Assembly: GCA_965370555.1 (NCBI GenBank) | Contig: CBDUVB010000008.1 | Location: forward strand, 3,257-67,256 | Reading direction: 5' to 3' | Length of the DNA: 64,000 nucleotides | Origin: an uncultured bacterium | Lineage (GTDB): Bacteria; Bipolaricaulota; Bipolaricaulia; UBA7950; UBA9294 | In this document: positions 61,264-64,000 of the stretch, in pieces | Position numbering within the stretch: the first letter of the stretch is position 1 | Layout of the letters: the number at the start of each line of letters is the position of its first letter | Program-made: the position numbers and the translations under genes | The notes under the pieces: generated by a model | What the model saw: the letters and a program-made list of their open reading frames with translations, nothing else | Told to the model about the DNA's origin: nothing | Databases searched by the model: none

Positions 61264-62233
61264 CCAGAAGCCGATTCGAAAAGATCGCGTTCTGATCGCT
61301 CTCTTGATCCTTGTGGGGATCATCCTCATACCGATCTTGGTGCGTTCCTGCAATTCCACCCCGCAAACTCCAACCTCATCCACTCCTGTCACAGTGAGCC
61401 CTCCCATCACTACGGTTCTCCCACCCACAGAGGAACCTCCATCCGAGGAACCTCCCGCTGTGGATGGCCTGCCAGTGGAAGAGACCCCTGCGGAGACGCG
61501 GCCCGGCATCCTCACCCATACGGTGAGCGACGGGGAGACACTCGATGGGATCGCCGCTCTACTTGGGGTAACCACCTCCCAGGTCATGGCCGACAACCGG
61601 CTCCTATCAGCAGGGGAAATCGTGCCGGGAGAGACACTGCGTGTCGCGCGCGACGGGATTCTGCACCTCATTAAGGAGGGCCAGACCCTCACCGATATCT
61701 CCAATACATACGGCGTCTCGATCGATCAGATCACGGCGGCAAATGGGATCACCGATCCATCGCGTATCTTCGCCGGTGAGGAGATCCTGATCCCGGGGGC
61801 GACGGCCGCCCTGTGGGAGACCGTGGTCCGCTTCTCGTACGGGCAAAGGACTCGGTTCATCTGGCCACTCGAAGGGGAGGTCGTCTCCGAGTTCGGCTGG
61901 CGGGTACACCCCGTCCTTGGAATGCGCCACCACCATAACGGGATCGATATCGACGTCCCCACAGGAACGACCGTTCACGCCGCCGCTGCAGGGAAGGTCT
62001 TCTTCATCGGCGAGCAGGAGGGCTACGGAACGACGATCATCCTCAAGCATGCCAACGAGTACTACACCCTCTACGGGCACCTGTCGACGCCTCTCGTCTA
62101 CGTCGGCCAGTTCGTGGATATCGGGCAGGGGATCGCCGAATCGGGGAATACCGGTATCTCAACCGGACCGCACCTCCATTTCGAGATCCGCAACCGCGAG
62201 TTCCCAATCGATCCGCGTTCCTATCTCCCTTAG
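61256..62233 (+). CDS. LysM-domain M23 peptidase
   Basis: TM helix, Pro/Thr linker, two LysM, HNGIDI, YGHL, STGPHLHFE. Confidence 0.92.
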   Translation: MTSQKPIRKDRVLIALLILVGIILIPILVRSCNSTPQTPTSSTPVTVSPPITTVLPPTEEPPSEEPPAVDGLPVEETPAETRPGILTHTVSDGETLDGIAALLGVTTSQVMADNRLLSAGEIVPGETLRVARDGILHLIKEGQTLTDISNTYGVSIDQITAANGITDPSRIFAGEEILIPGATAALWETVVRFSYGQRTRFIWPLEGEVVSEFGWRVHPVLGMRHHHNGIDIDVPTGTTVHAAAAGKVFFIGEQEGYGTTIILKHANEYYTLYGHLSTPLVYVGQFVDIGQGIAESGNTGISTGPHLHFEIRNREFPIDPRSYLP

Positions 62234-62236
62234 CCG

Positions 62237-63529
62237 ATGGAGCACCTGATCATCCGAGGGGGACATCCTCTCACGGGAAGAGTCCCGATCGAAGGGGCAA
62301 AGAACGCCGCCCTCCCCGCCTGTGTCGCCTCGCTCCTAACCGACGAGCCGATCGTCCTGCACCGTATCCCTCACCTGCGAGACGTGGAGACGATCCTCGC
62401 GACGATCCTCTCTTTGGGGAAAGAGGTCTCTCACGCCGGAGAGACGGTCACGATTACGAGCGCTCGCCCCCTGTGCGAGAGGGCAGAGCCCCGCTACGTC
62501 AAACAGATGCGCGCCTCATTCCTCGTCCTCGGACCGCTCCTCACCCGCCTCGGCCGGGCCGTCGTTCCACTGCCCGGTGGGTGCCGAATCGGAGCACGGC
62601 CGGTCGACCTTCACCTCCGAGGGCTTCGGCTCCTGAACGCAAGGGTCGAGGAACGGGGTGAGACGGTCACTGTGGCCACTGAAGGGCTACGCGGAACGCG
62701 GATTTGCCTTCCTTATCCGTCCGTTGGAGCGACCGAGCAACTGGTGATGGCCGCGACCCTCGCTGACGGGGAGACGAGGATAGAGAATCCGGCCTTGGAG
62801 CCCGAGATATTCGATCTGATCGATCTCCTAACGAAGATGGGAGCCCAGGTCTCCTCCGACAACGGAACGCTCCGAATCGTCGGAAGAAGGAACCTCCATG
62901 GAACGCAGCACACGATTATCCCCGACCGGATGGAGGCCGGGACCTACCTCCTCGCCGGGGCGATCACCAAGGGAGATGTCGAAGTGGTGGGCGTCACCCC
63001 GGGGCACCTGCGTTCCCTCCTCTCCGCTCTCGAGGAGAGCGGGATGGAGATCGCGGAAGAAGAGAATAAGATCCGGCTATGGAGCGACAGGAGTCCTCGT
63101 CCGCTCCACATCACGACAGCCCCATACCCCGGCTTTCCCACCGACTTTCACCCCTTGCTTGCCGCATTCCTCGCCCTGGGAACCGGGACAAGCCGGATCG
63201 AAGAGACAGTATTCGAGCACCGCTTCGGATACGTCCCGCTCCTCAACCGGATGGGAGCCAGTATCGCGATCGAAGGATCTACCGCCGTCATTACGGGAGC
63301 GAGCTCCGGCAAGACGAGTCCCAGCGGGACGAGTCCCGGCAGGACAAGTCCCCTAAAAGGGGTTGAGGTGGACGCCCCTGACATCCGCGCTGGGGCGGCT
63401 CTTGTCCTCGCCGCGCTCGTCGCTTCGGGGGAGACAACAATAAATCACCCCGAACACATCGACCGCGGCTACGCAAGGATCGAGGAAAAACTACGCTCAC
63501 TAGGAGCCGATATTGAACGAACGTGCTGA
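62237..63529 (+). CDS. murA: UDP-N-acetylglucosamine 1-carboxyvinyltransferase
   Basis: GAKNAALP, MRAS, LPGGCRIGARP, PYPGFPTD, DIRAGAAL. Confidence 0.96.
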   Translation: MEHLIIRGGHPLTGRVPIEGAKNAALPACVASLLTDEPIVLHRIPHLRDVETILATILSLGKEVSHAGETVTITSARPLCERAEPRYVKQMRASFLVLGPLLTRLGRAVVPLPGGCRIGARPVDLHLRGLRLLNARVEERGETVTVATEGLRGTRICLPYPSVGATEQLVMAATLADGETRIENPALEPEIFDLIDLLTKMGAQVSSDNGTLRIVGRRNLHGTQHTIIPDRMEAGTYLLAGAITKGDVEVVGVTPGHLRSLLSALEESGMEIAEEENKIRLWSDRSPRPLHITTAPYPGFPTDFHPLLAAFLALGTGTSRIEETVFEHRFGYVPLLNRMGASIAIEGSTAVITGASSGKTSPSGTSPGRTSPLKGVEVDAPDIRAGAALVLAALVASGETTINHPEHIDRGYARIEEKLRSLGADIERTC

Positions 63530-64000
63530 TCGCCACGAGCAACCACTGATCGAAGATCGCCTCGGAGCGCGCGCACGCGTCTACGGATCCGAGAGCGCAA
63601 TCCTCGTCGCCGTGGAGCGTCCCAACAGGCCGGTCGCAGACTCACTGCGCGAGCTGGAGGCCCTTGCCGATACGGCAGGAATCACCACCCTCGCTGTCCT
63701 CACACAGAAGCGCCTGCGCCGCGATGCATCCACCTTCATAGGGAAGGGGAAGGTGAAGGAGATCAAGGCAGCAGCGAGTGAGCTGGGAGCGGATGTGATC
63801 ATCTGCAACGACGAACTCTCGCCGGCTCAGGCACGCAACCTGGAAAAGGCGATCGAACGGAAGGTGATCGACCGCTCGCAGCTGATCATGGACATCTTCG
63901 CCCAAAGAGCGGCGACCAAGGAGGCGCGACTGCAGGTGGAACTCGCCCAGCTGCGCTACCTCCTCCCACGACTGCGCGGTTGGGGGAGCGCACTCACCCG
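63513..64000 (+). CDS. hflX: GTPase HflX (partial, runs off window)
   Basis: TTG after GGAG; ELEALADTAG, FIGKGKV, ELSPAQARNLE, DRSQLIMDIFAQRA, ARLQVELAQL. Confidence 0.93.
   Translation, partial: MNERADRHEQPLIEDRLGARARVYGSESAILVAVERPNRPVADSLRELEALADTAGITTLAVLTQKRLRRDASTFIGKGKVKEIKAAASELGADVIICNDELSPAQARNLEKAIERKVIDRSQLIMDIFAQRAATKEARLQVELAQLRYLLPRLRGWGSALT

Overview
GC-rich bacterial chromosomal window. The gene mix (SpoVS outside Firmicutes, Rnf, PPDK, short EF-Ts) suggests an anaerobe, possibly Ca. Bipolaricaulota/Acetothermia; this is inference only. The core backbone is dnaB, rpsB-tsf-pyrH, an Hsp100/Clp ATPase with a CIRCE-like site, glnA, apbE-rnfCDGEAB, tyrS, gyrA, oppABC, spoVS-argS-ftsY, ppdK, a PiT transporter, rpiB, rho, a LysM/M23 peptidase, murA and a partial hflX. 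Two accessory blocks interrupt it. Block 1 (~4.1-19.4 kb, where frr would normally follow pyrH) holds a decayed nucleotidyltransferase pair, a PucR-regulated BMP-ABC + FdrA/YlbE/YlbF (oxamate carbamoyltransferase-like) operon, and an integrase-less array of integron-like cassettes with attC sites; two of those attC-like spacers carry their own Shine-Dalgarno and mini-ORF. Block 2 (~48.2-57.4 kb) is an uncharacterised three-gene secreted system: a 1364-aa beta-rich protein with an embedded NusA-N-like segment, an FN3-repeat protein and a papain-like Cys-His-Asp protein, followed by a degenerate tRNA-His. Other oddities are a Clp ATPase lacking both the M-domain and the IGF loop, a TyrS with non-canonical HIGH/KMSKS motifs, repeat expansions in RpsB and MurA, small genes missed by the ORF track, and several REP/short-repeat families. 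All calls are by eye; no database search was run.
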